From a candidate division WOR-3 bacterium (GTDB lineage: Bacteria; SDB-A): a stretch of DNA of 64,000 bases. The first letter of the stretch is position 1. Every line of letters starts with the position of its first letter. The DNA lies in NCBI GenBank assembly GCA_016934535.1, contig JAFGSQ010000056.1:1-64000 (forward strand). Reading direction: 5' to 3'. The notes below the pieces were generated by a model, which saw nothing but the letters and a program-made list of their open reading frames with translations, searched no databases and was not told where the DNA came from. Positions 10,701 to 19,077 of the stretch are shown piece after piece. Made by a program: the position numbers and the translations under genes.

Positions 10701-13369
10701 TCGCCTATGTCGAGAACGCCGTTTCTGTTTTTATCTTCGGTGTTGAGAATCCCGTTCCAGCCGGCAATCGAATCCGAAACTCCGGTTCTTCTAGCGACGT
10801 CCTCCGTTATACTGTAACCGAGGTCGATGTTAACTCTGCCCCCGTCTCCGTATACCCACACTTCGAGATATCTGAACTGAGACAAGTCGGCTCCCGTCTT
10901 TGATATACACTGCTGAATGGATACGAACGAGGCCGGGGACTGATTCCTCGGTTCGATTACGAGACTGAGAACCTGAATGTTGTCGTTTCTCTCCTGTTCG
11001 GGAAGATTGGGATATAAATGGCCTTTTGTGAACCAGTCGTTAGGGCTGTACCAGTAAATATGTCCAAGATCCGCCGTGTCAAGGTAAACAGGCGAGTTGT
11101 TTATTATTTCGTCGGGTATGCTTCCAAAATGCCAGTTTGCTCTGCTGACACCGAGATTCAGCGACATTTTGTTTCCATCCATATCGTCGAGATAGACAAA
11201 TCCCTTAGTGTTGGGATTAGGCATGGAAAACGCGACGGCGCCTCTTATGGAAAGATTGGACGGAACGGTAGAAGTGATAAACGGCAAAATATCGACGGCT
11301 TTGGTCATAAAAGAAGGGCTGAACGTCAGATTGGCGTCCATAGTAGCCATTGTGATGTTTCTCGGTTCGTTTCCGAGTTGAGGGTGTTCTTCTTTTGTGC
11401 TTATACTGCGGTACATAGTTGTCGCGCCAATGTTTATGGCCGGGGATATGCTGTAATTGAACCTGACACCGAGTAGAGATTTGTCTGCGAGGCTTATGAA
11501 AGGGGCGTATTGAAAATCTATATTTACCACAGCGTTTACGTCGTTGACCTTGTCGGTTATGAACGTGATTATCCCGATGTCGTAATCTATTGTGTAATCG
11601 ACGTTCCTCACAAGTCTTTCTCCGTTGATGGTTACGACTTCGGAACCTTCGAGTATGTTCATCGCTCCCAGGGAAAACACAGATCTTATTCCCTTGTAAG
11701 ACAAGACCAGTTTGTATTTTCTTCCGACGTTTGTAGAGGTCGTGTCGTAAATTATCGAATCCGGGTCAAGTAGTGCCGCGCTCGCGAAGGGCTTTTGAAG
11801 AGAGTCGGGAAAAGCGATAAATCCCCTGTCGTAATCTATGTATCCGTCGTCAATGTATCCGTTGTCATCGTCGTCCAGACCGAGCAGTCTCAAATAAGTA
11901 GTGGCGCCCTGTGTTTCTTCGTCAATACCTGAACCAGTATTATGTTTGAAAATTTTCAGCTCGAAACTGCCTGGGACAATCGCCGTGGACCTGAGTGAAT
12001 ATCTGTTTCTTATCTGCAAATCCCAGGTTGGATAATATGTCCTTTCGACTATCGGTTTTAATACTTTTATGTCGATGGTCTGAGATGTGTCGTATTGGTC
12101 CTGAACCGTACCTACGGTGTCTACTCTGTAAACCTGACCGCCGGGAACATTTCTTCTGTTAATGACATAACACACTCCGAGAGCGTAATTCTGATCCAAA
12201 GGAATCCTGAGTTCCAGAGTTTTGCTTTGATAATTGAAAATATAAAAATTGTCTGAGCCCGCTTCCTGAGGATCGAAATATCCGAGTGACATGACAGTGT
12301 CAGGATAAGGAGAAGCCGTGTAAAAGCGAAGTCTGCCTTTTATGGCGCCGGTCAAGGCGTTGTTTGTTCCGTTGTTGTCGTCAACCCAAACAATAAGCTT
12401 TGTTATTGAGTCGTATGGATTTATGTCGCCCAAAGAATCACCCGGCCGGCCTAACCAGAAGTATTGCCTTCTGATGTAATCAGTGTCCCAGAGTACTAGG
12501 GTGTCGACGGAAGCTCTGCCCACGAAAGTACGACGTTCAGCTTTTCCCTCTTCCTTTGTTGCTATTGCAGTGATATTTATTCCGGCTACCTGCATTTCTG
12601 ATTTTATTCCGAAAAGACCCATCTGGATCGGCGGCATTCCAATCAGTTCAGTGCCGGGAAGCGATAGCTGAGTGTGCCCCATTTCTATCAGGTGAATTAT
12701 TTCGTCCTGCTCACCCCTGTATTGCAGTCTTATTTTGTTTTTCAGATCCGCCTGAGCTTCACTGTTGTGATCGACAAAAACGTTAATCTTTTCTCCGATC
12801 GTGCCCTGGAGGTTGACGTTCAGTTGTTGTTTCATCTCAAGTTCCGGAAGGAAATCGTTCTGTGTGTATTCGGTCTGTATGGCGTTGAGATCGGTGGACT
12901 GGCTTCCTCCGAACTGGATTCGCTGGGACCCGCTGATTTTCAGATTGCCTCCCTGGCCGATGAAACCGGCAATCGCGCGAGGTATTCTTATGGGAAGATC
13001 GATGTCAGGTATCAGACCTTGATTGGAGAGGGTCTGCTGCTGCTGGAGAAAGCTCATTGTGTAATCTGCCAGTTTGTTTTTCAGTGTCGAAGAATAGGCA
13101 TAAGCTTTGTAATCTTTTACTGAGATAATATTTTCCGTCCACAGGGATAGGGAATCGTAATAAGCCTCTTCGATCAGCATTCCCCTGTCCGGCAGTATAG
13201 TCTGCCTGAATCGGAGTTTCGTCATGTTTCTGTAAACGTAATCTCTCATCATGCCGCCAATGCGGGAATTAAAATCAGTTGTCTGTGAGTTTATAGGAAA
13301 CGACGGCTGTAACAAAAAAGCCGCGGTCTGAAGCACCAGAAAAAATAAAGGTTTTCTTATTTTATTCAA
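7781..13369 (-). CDS. sprA: SprA/Sov family outer-membrane protein (T9SS translocon homologue)
   Basis: 1862 aa; QQLNVNLQGTIGEKI, IRLQYRGEQDEII, GLFGIKSEMQ, LVRNVDYTIDYDIG, TEDKNRNGVLD, WRLYKIPL, EIWIDDLRL; long amphipathic beta C-terminal half ending in F; TTG start. Confidence 0.88.
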   Translation of the reverse strand: MNKIRKPLFFLVLQTAAFLLQPSFPINSQTTDFNSRIGGMMRDYVYRNMTKLRFRQTILPDRGMLIEEAYYDSLSLWTENIISVKDYKAYAYSSTLKNKLADYTMSFLQQQQTLSNQGLIPDIDLPIRIPRAIAGFIGQGGNLKISGSQRIQFGGSQSTDLNAIQTEYTQNDFLPELEMKQQLNVNLQGTIGEKINVFVDHNSEAQADLKNKIRLQYRGEQDEIIHLIEMGHTQLSLPGTELIGMPPIQMGLFGIKSEMQVAGINITAIATKEEGKAERRTFVGRASVDTLVLWDTDYIRRQYFWLGRPGDSLGDINPYDSITKLIVWVDDNNGTNNALTGAIKGRLRFYTASPYPDTVMSLGYFDPQEAGSDNFYIFNYQSKTLELRIPLDQNYALGVCYVINRRNVPGGQVYRVDTVGTVQDQYDTSQTIDIKVLKPIVERTYYPTWDLQIRNRYSLRSTAIVPGSFELKIFKHNTGSGIDEETQGATTYLRLLGLDDDDNGYIDDGYIDYDRGFIAFPDSLQKPFASAALLDPDSIIYDTTSTNVGRKYKLVLSYKGIRSVFSLGAMNILEGSEVVTINGERLVRNVDYTIDYDIGIITFITDKVNDVNAVVNIDFQYAPFISLADKSLLGVRFNYSISPAINIGATTMYRSISTKEEHPQLGNEPRNITMATMDANLTFSPSFMTKAVDILPFITSTVPSNLSIRGAVAFSMPNPNTKGFVYLDDMDGNKMSLNLGVSRANWHFGSIPDEIINNSPVYLDTADLGHIYWYSPNDWFTKGHLYPNLPEQERNDNIQVLSLVIEPRNQSPASFVSIQQCISKTGADLSQFRYLEVWVYGDGGRVNIDLGYSITEDVARRTGVSDSIAGWNGILNTEDKNRNGVLDIGEDFGLDGIEGVDANHVPGDEWNDDYPDDVNSSTYRQLKGTEGNKILDTEDLNGDGILNLSRDYVEYSFSPGDTSFLDIDRGNGWRLYKIPLHDSGIGTVVGYPDWERVRYARIWIDSFTTNTDSLVFGGISVSGNRWKRNDVFSVDSAAVILPEEFFEVTTRNNYDDPNYTPPFDPGRDNYGNTKKEQSLAFVIRNLGYNRSASCYYSTVLEDNYNNYRKMLVYVHGEGQNGYFSIKFGGDTLSYYEYRTPVPNGWQELSIEFDEFIELKKTIEGDTSGTWNSGNYFVTTYGANKPSLTKINRTSISIVSQNQTAGLGGEIWIDDLRLISPYRERGMAANVNVGMSFGDVLTVNLAGYQYGADYQRITEERGSGSTSTNYSGIAIFQGGKFLPSRWMLSLPFTASYSKTNSLPKFYPGSDIRLNPDESNDKSSSSETRHYSFAFSKSGRTLNLLASLVIDHSRFNYSWTNVNNLSYNRADSSWVKTATYSWSHNPSIKTIKFAGQEIGTFFNNISFTSTYSYTKVASHLIPDTSGQLLQNLLQRNLNSTMTLGYNLLKPLNLTYSISQNRDIEISEYFLGRQILKTQRVSARYTPLPLPFIRPTVSFETNYSEDSRPELIMTYDTTDIFNVSNTNTLSFNTSISFVQPLEFVGKIRDENRDSSATVGSPHWLLMNIGRLGRNINPLSLTVSRTRTTRLYRLTGIPDWQYQLGLVENIDSEKTGKYISPNDYFGWTYGFTGNSGLSFPNLTTGVHFAWSRNFGGNIGNMTYTESTTWPRLTVSLLNLQKLLKLKAIESSTVSTGFSTTKTKSGPEDQEPTRTTLGIDLSPLLSLQVRWKNGFLTNFSTTKTQTDIDNIGVIKTYLRQENNSYSATVGYSFSAPGGLPFFGRTLKFNSLMTFSLAYNYNTAKELYRTSGEIISFRSNYTISPMASYNFSQNVTGGMNGTYSINEDRQTGRKIRNVGVNLWAEFRF

Positions 13370-14279
13370 TATTTCTTTTCTTGCCGCCGACAGCCTGAAA
13401 TATCTTTTTAAACAAAAATTCGAAGTTCTCGTTCAAGCCGAAATTGAGAGCGTTTTTTTTGCACACCTTCACGCATTCTCCGCACAGAAAACAATTGCCA
13501 GACACGACGGCTTTTTCAATGGGCAATTCGATGTGGCATACTTTTTCGCACAGTCCGCAGGAAGTGCAGGCGTCTTTGCTCAGCCTGACCCTGACAAGAC
13601 TGAAACGCCCGAAAAATGAAAAAACTGCTCCCACCGGACACGCCAGTCTGCAGAAAGGTCTTTTGGCGTAAATGGAAAAAACGAGGGTTAACAACAGTAT
13701 GGAAAGCTTGAGAGAAAACATCGATTGGGCGAGATCTCTTAATGCTGAACTTGCGGCTCCGAATGAAATCAGAGGTATTCCCGCTTCGAGAGAACCGACC
13801 GGGCAGAGTTTGCAGAACCAGGGTTCGCCCGTAACTGCTGGAAGAAAAACAATGGCGACGACGAATATCAGATATTTGAGATGAGTTGCAAAATGGGGTA
13901 TTTTGATCTTTGTTGTTTTTATTCTGTTCAGAAGAGTTTGTATCAATCCGAAAGGGCATAGCCATCCGCAGAAAAGCTTGCCGAAAATCAGTGAAATAGA
14001 AAGCATAAATCCGAGGACGAATTGAGGAATTATCATCTCTCCGGTCAAATGTTTATACGTAAATACATGCTGAGTGACGCCGACCGGACAGGCGAAAGTG
14101 GCTGAAGGGCAGCTGTGGCAGTTAATAAAAGGTGTACAGTAGCGTTTTGCCGGTCCCGTGTATATCCCCTGGCTGAAGCCTTTGAAATAGCTGTTAAAGG
14201 CGGCGAAAGAAATCACTCCAATGAGAGTCCGGAATTTTAAAAAAACTTCTGTTATTCTATTCCTATGCATGAAAGGCAT
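13362..14279 (-). CDS. membrane polyferredoxin (4Fe-4S binding protein, NapH/MauN-like)
   Basis: NCHSCP..CPVG, FCGWLCPFG, FCKLCPVG, FCRLACPVG and two CxxCxxCxxxC motifs; start may be ATG 14270. Confidence 0.88.
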   Translation of the reverse strand: MPFMHRNRITEVFLKFRTLIGVISFAAFNSYFKGFSQGIYTGPAKRYCTPFINCHSCPSATFACPVGVTQHVFTYKHLTGEMIIPQFVLGFMLSISLIFGKLFCGWLCPFGLIQTLLNRIKTTKIKIPHFATHLKYLIFVVAIVFLPAVTGEPWFCKLCPVGSLEAGIPLISFGAASSALRDLAQSMFSLKLSILLLTLVFSIYAKRPFCRLACPVGAVFSFFGRFSLVRVRLSKDACTSCGLCEKVCHIELPIEKAVVSGNCFLCGECVKVCKKNALNFGLNENFEFLFKKIFQAVGGKKRNIE

Positions 14280-14560
14280 ATCCTCGAAGCGTAAGATCTG
14301 TATTCAGACAGCTCGGAAACGATGACGGAGTTTTGATTATCTTTCAGCCCCGAGACGATCAGTTTAGCCGAAACCAGTAAAAGGTAAGCGAACAAAAAAA
14401 GCTTGAGCCATAATAATTTTTTCGAACGCATAAATCCTATGAACAACAGTGCGGCAAAAAATACAAAAAATATATTGACCGCGATGGGATTTGCAGGAAA
14501 AGGAACCAGGATTTTTGTGAAATATTTAAAAGTCATTACAAAATAATTCATCACAAACAT
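14252..14560 (-). CDS. small membrane protein with C-terminal CxxC (CD1871A-like)
   Basis: Two hydrophobic segments; ends ICLSCIGIE; overlaps the polyferredoxin start; SD AAGGTGAG. Confidence 0.72.
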   Translation of the reverse strand: MFVMNYFVMTFKYFTKILVPFPANPIAVNIFFVFFAALLFIGFMRSKKLLWLKLFLFAYLLLVSAKLIVSGLKDNQNSVIVSELSEYRSYASRICLSCIGIE

Positions 14561-14605
14561 TAAATCTCACCTTTTTTAACCTGCAAGCAGGACTTTTTAT
14601 TCTGC

Positions 14606-14788
14606 TTATTTTTTTCTGAGAAACGGATACACCGCTAAAATTATAATTCCTATTGCGATTAAAACCCAGAATGCTTCGAAATTTGTTCCTCTGACGACAA
14701 ACTTGGATTTTGTAAAAAAACTGACCGCCTTGAGCGCTACGCCGGCGGTAAAAATTACAACGCCTGTTATTAAATCGCCTTTTTTCAT
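14606..14788 (-). CDS. small two-TM hypothetical protein
   Basis: MKKGDLITGVVIF.. with two hydrophobic helices and a basic tail; first gene of the leftward run. Confidence 0.55.
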   Translation of the reverse strand: MKKGDLITGVVIFTAGVALKAVSFFTKSKFVVRGTNFEAFWVLIAIGIIILAVYPFLRKK

Positions 14789-14927
14789 AATTTCGCGAAT
14801 TCTCAAAAAAATTATTAACTGAATTTTCGCAAGAATTATGTAACATATACACTTTGAAAAGCATCAAGTCAACACAAAATCAACTCTGGAGTTTCCAATG
14901 AGTCTTTATTAGGTGTAAGGTTTATCC

Positions 14928-14955
14928 TTGACAGTTTAAGGACGTGTGGTAAAAT
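14928..14955 (+). promoter_or_regulatory. sigma70 promoter for secDF
   Basis: TTGACA, 16 nt spacer, TGnTAAAAT. Confidence 0.65.
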
Positions 14956-15017
14956 GTTTGACTTTATTATTGAATTTTTAATCCAAATAAATCTCTAAGG
15001 AGGGAGGACCCCTTATT

Positions 15018-16538
15018 ATGAAGAAAAGTCAGTTATGGAAGTTAATAGTAATCGTAGCGGCCATCGGAATATCTCTTTTTCAGTTGTCATTTTCTTACAG
15101 GTATTACAGCCTGCCCAGAGAAGAAAGATATTTGCCTGAAAATGCACCTCTGAGAATGAGGTCGATTAAGCTGGGATTGGACCTCGAAGGAGGTTCTCAT
15201 TTTCTGCTCGCGGTCGACACTTCGGGAACAGGCGGAACTGACATGGTCAATCAGGTCGTCGAGATACTTATGAGCCGCGTTGACAAATACGGCGTAAGCG
15301 AACCCGTTATTGAAGTTCAGGGAAAAAACAACATAGTGATAGAATTGCCGGGCGAAATGGATCCAATGATCGCCAAAAAGCTGATCGGTACAACCGCCAC
15401 TCTCGATTTCAGAGTCGCGAGAAGAGCCGAGGAACTGAGAAACATAATAGACAGAATCGACAGGGAAAACGAAGGCAGATTTTCAGCTCTTCTTAAAACA
15501 TTTCCCGGAGGTCAAAGTATAATATGCAGCGCAAGCGACTGGAAAGTTCTTGATTCCATGATTGTAGATGCCAGATCCAAAGGCATAGCGGATTCAGCGT
15601 CCGGGAAAGTCCTTCTCTGGAGCGTAGTCGAAGAAGGCGAAGATTTCGGAATACCAGATTACAGAGAACTTCTTCTGGTCAGTTCAGTCCCTGAAATACT
15701 CGGAGCCTCTATAGTTTCGGCAAGGGCTGCGCTGGGAACGAGCAACAGCCAGACAGAGCCGAGGGTAGACCTCGAAATAGGAGGCATGGCGAGAGCGGAT
15801 TGGGCGAGAGTCACCTCGGAAAATATAGGGAACAGAATAGCCATAGTTCTCGACAACGAGGTTTTTTCAGCCCCGGTAGTAAACAGCGCTTCGACGACAG
15901 GAAAATCGACCATTACCCTCGGACGTGGGACTCTCGACGACGCAAAAGCGCTCGCTTCAGTCCTTCAGGCCGGAAGAATGCCCGCGAGAGCGGACATCGA
16001 GGAAAGTTTTGTCATAGGACCCAGCCTCGGCGCCGATTCGATAAGGACAGGAATCAAGAGCCTGCTGATTGCCGCCGCTCTCATAATGCTAATTATGCTG
16101 GTATATTACAGGTTGAGCGGCCTTGTGGCGGATTTTACCCTGGTGCTCAACATGCTTTTCCTTCTGGCCATACTGTCTGCGTTCAATCTCACGCTAACTC
16201 TTCCCGGAATTGCAGGTCTGGTCCTTGTTATTGGAACGGCGGTTGACGCCAACGTACTCATTTTCGAGAGAATCAGAGAAGAACTTGAACAGAACAAGTC
16301 CGTAAAAAAGGCTGTTGAAACCGGGTTTTCAAAAGCCTTCATTACGATTCTCGACGCCAATGTCACCACTCTATTATCGGCTCTCATACTCTGGTGGTTT
16401 GGGAAGGGTCCGATAAGAGGATTCGCCGTTACTCTCAGCGTGGGGCTCATAGCGAACGTCTTCACGGCTGTTTTTATCAGCCGCTTCATTTTCGACACTT
16501 TATTGACTAAAGATAAAACACAGAAGCTGAGCATATAG
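15018..16538 (+). CDS. secD: protein translocase subunit SecD
   Basis: KLGLDLEGG, RVDKYGVSEP, IAIVLDN, IGPSLG, LTLPGIAG, AVDANVLIFERIREE, TILDANVTT. Confidence 0.97.
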   Translation: MKKSQLWKLIVIVAAIGISLFQLSFSYRYYSLPREERYLPENAPLRMRSIKLGLDLEGGSHFLLAVDTSGTGGTDMVNQVVEILMSRVDKYGVSEPVIEVQGKNNIVIELPGEMDPMIAKKLIGTTATLDFRVARRAEELRNIIDRIDRENEGRFSALLKTFPGGQSIICSASDWKVLDSMIVDARSKGIADSASGKVLLWSVVEEGEDFGIPDYRELLLVSSVPEILGASIVSARAALGTSNSQTEPRVDLEIGGMARADWARVTSENIGNRIAIVLDNEVFSAPVVNSASTTGKSTITLGRGTLDDAKALASVLQAGRMPARADIEESFVIGPSLGADSIRTGIKSLLIAAALIMLIMLVYYRLSGLVADFTLVLNMLFLLAILSAFNLTLTLPGIAGLVLVIGTAVDANVLIFERIREELEQNKSVKKAVETGFSKAFITILDANVTTLLSALILWWFGKGPIRGFAVTLSVGLIANVFTAVFISRFIFDTLLTKDKTQKLSI

Positions 16539-16551
16539 GAGGATCCCGGAG

Positions 16552-17925
16552 ATGACAAAGATATTTAAAAACCCCAACGTAAATTTCATAAAAGCAAGAA
16601 AAATCGCATATTCGATATCGGTTGTACTCTTTATTCTTTCTGCTGTATCTCTTGTTTTTCTTTGGAATTCGAGGCAGGGAATCGATTTCACAGGCGGAAC
16701 AATTATTAGGTTGACCGTCGACGAGGGAAAACTCAGCACAGCGAATATCAGGGGCATACTGTCCGGCATGGGAATAGGCAGGAGTATAATTCAGGAGACA
16801 AAGAATGAGAATTCAACTGGATACATAATAAGAATACCTATCATAGCGGAAGATACAGCCCACACAGCTTCCTCAATCCAAACAGCCGACAGCGCTCTCA
16901 TAAAATTCGTGGATGAATACGGAAGATCTGAAGTAAAGCTCGGCATATTTGTTAAGGAGGATTTGGCTCAGGACATTAGAGCGTTGGCCGACACAAACCT
17001 TTTCAAATTAAAGGGATTCGCAGTTCTCGAAGGAGAAACTCTCTATCTGATGGAAGGTGAATTCTCCGGAAACCTCACCGGAATTCGGGTGGCGGAGGGA
17101 TTGGGAAATATGATCCAGCTGACCACGCCGCTTGAACCAACTGTAAAAACGAGCGACAAAATGACAGGCAGAGGTTTCGACAGCGTTGTTGTTTTTTCGG
17201 ACATTGAAAATCCGGCTCTGTCGTTGAGGGTTTTCGCCGATTCTGCCAAGTGGGATTCGCTTGAAAAGGCTGCGTATCCTGAAGTCCGAGAGCAGGAGAT
17301 TTCAACTTCGATAGACGTGAGATTGAAAGAGGCCATAGAAAGCAGACACGAAGACGTCACAGTGACCGTTGCAGGAACCGAGCACGTCGGCGCGAGAATG
17401 AGCCACAACCTCAAAATGAGGACTCTTTGGGTCGTGCTTCTCGGGATAGCGGTTATACTCGGATACGTCAGCATAAGATTCACATACCGTTTCGGCGTTG
17501 CATCCGTCATAGCTTTGATCCACGACGTCATAGTAACCGCAGGAATATACGCCCTCACGGGATTTGAATTCAACATGTCTACAATAGCCGCTCTTTTGAC
17601 TCTCATAGGCTACTCAATAAACGACTCGATCATAGTCTCCGACAGAATAAGAGAAACAAACAAGATGAACAAGGGCAAGGAATTCGGCGAAATTGTAAAT
17701 CAGAGCATAAACGCAACTCTGAGCAGGACCATAATAACCGCCTTTACGACTTTCGTAGTACTTCTCGTGCTATTTATAGTCGGATCCACTACGATTAAGG
17801 ATTTCGCTTTCGTCCTCATGATGGGTGTAATAGTCGGAACTTATTCATCCATTTTCATAGTCGCGACAGTCGTTTATGACTGGGAAAAAAGATTTCCCAC
17901 TCCGTTAGGAAAATCAAGAGCCTGA
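16552..17925 (+). CDS. secF: protein translocase subunit SecF with enlarged periplasmic domain
   Basis: GIDFTGG, ALIHDV, LTLIGYSINDSIIVSDRIRE, TLSRTIIT, GTYSSIF. Confidence 0.95.
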   Translation: MTKIFKNPNVNFIKARKIAYSISVVLFILSAVSLVFLWNSRQGIDFTGGTIIRLTVDEGKLSTANIRGILSGMGIGRSIIQETKNENSTGYIIRIPIIAEDTAHTASSIQTADSALIKFVDEYGRSEVKLGIFVKEDLAQDIRALADTNLFKLKGFAVLEGETLYLMEGEFSGNLTGIRVAEGLGNMIQLTTPLEPTVKTSDKMTGRGFDSVVVFSDIENPALSLRVFADSAKWDSLEKAAYPEVREQEISTSIDVRLKEAIESRHEDVTVTVAGTEHVGARMSHNLKMRTLWVVLLGIAVILGYVSIRFTYRFGVASVIALIHDVIVTAGIYALTGFEFNMSTIAALLTLIGYSINDSIIVSDRIRETNKMNKGKEFGEIVNQSINATLSRTIITAFTTFVVLLVLFIVGSTTIKDFAFVLMMGVIVGTYSSIFIVATVVYDWEKRFPTPLGKSRA

Positions 17926-17931
17926 CGGTTA

Positions 17932-19077
17932 ATGGACAAAACTGAAAGAGCCCGGGCGTCTTTTGATTTTACAGTAACGGCTGAAGACGCCGGCTCTTTT
18001 GCCAGAAGAGGTGTTTTCAGAACCCCGAACGGCGTAGTGGACACACCGAATTTCATGCCCGTTGCGACATACGCCAACGTGCGGGCTTTGAATTCTTTAC
18101 AACTGAAAGAATCGGGCGCTCAAGCCGTTATTTCCAATGCCTATCACCTAATGCTGAGACCCGGAATTGAAGTTCTCAAAAAAGCGGGGAAAATCCACAA
18201 GTTCATGAATTTCTGCGGAACTGTTTTCACGGATTCTGGCGGATTTCAGGTGATGAGTCTCGCTTCACTGAGAAAAGTGACTGAAGAGGGAGTGGCGTTC
18301 AAAAGCCACATCGACGGGTCTTCTCTGTTTCTCACACCTAAAACCGCGATTGATTCTCAGAGAACAATAGGCTCCGACGTCGCCATGATGCTCGATATTT
18401 GTCCTGAATATCCTTCCGATTACAGTAAATTGAAAGAACAGACGGCAAGGTCCGGCAGGTGGGCAGAAGAGGCTAAAAAATTCATCCGCGAAAACCCTTG
18501 TCGGGATCAGCAGGTCTTCGGGATAGTCCAGGGAGGAGCCTACCTTGATCTCAGGCTTGAATCACTGGATAAATTAATTAAGCTCGATTTTGACGGATAT
18601 GCCGTCGGTGGAGTCGCGGTGGGTGAACCGAAGGAAGAGGTAATGAAAGTTGTCGATTTTACGGCTAAAAAACTGCCGAGAGAAAAAATGCGCTATCTCA
18701 TGGGAGTTGGTTTTCCCGAAGACATATTGTTTTCGGTTTCGTGTGGAGTAGACATTTTCGACTGCGTCGCTCCGACCAGACACGCGAGAACCGGGACTTT
18801 TTACCACATGGACGAAGGAAAGATAAACATAAGAAACGCGAAGTTTAAAGACGATTTCGAACCCATAGAAAATAATTGCGACTGTTTCACGTGCCGGAAT
18901 CACTCGAGGGCTTACCTGAGACATCTTTTCAAAACGGGAGATTCACTCGCCGGGCAGTTGGGAACAATACACAATATAAGGTTTTACATCCGCTTCATGA
19001 ATGAAGTGAGAGAGAGAATTACAAACGGGAATTTTACGGTCTGGTCGGAAAAAAAGGTGGAACTTTTCAGGAGATGA
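17932..19077 (+). CDS. tgt: tRNA-guanine transglycosylase
   Basis: TPNFMPVAT, NAYHL, TDSGGFQ, GIVQGG, RYLMGVG, DIFDCV, Zn site CDCFTC..H. Confidence 0.97.
   Translation: MDKTERARASFDFTVTAEDAGSFARRGVFRTPNGVVDTPNFMPVATYANVRALNSLQLKESGAQAVISNAYHLMLRPGIEVLKKAGKIHKFMNFCGTVFTDSGGFQVMSLASLRKVTEEGVAFKSHIDGSSLFLTPKTAIDSQRTIGSDVAMMLDICPEYPSDYSKLKEQTARSGRWAEEAKKFIRENPCRDQQVFGIVQGGAYLDLRLESLDKLIKLDFDGYAVGGVAVGEPKEEVMKVVDFTAKKLPREKMRYLMGVGFPEDILFSVSCGVDIFDCVAPTRHARTGTFYHMDEGKINIRNAKFKDDFEPIENNCDCFTCRNHSRAYLRHLFKTGDSLAGQLGTIHNIRFYIRFMNEVRERITNGNFTVWSEKKVELFRR

Noticed and set aside
14252-14290. Selenocysteine or read-through in redox genes (CxxC peptide, glutaredoxin)
   Set aside because: Both CxxC motifs use Cys codons, and the peptide ends in TAA
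17043-17606. 187 aa antisense ORF in secF, and similar shadow ORFs across secD, sprA and the helicase
   Set aside because: Antisense to well-conserved genes, with no SD or recognisable motifs
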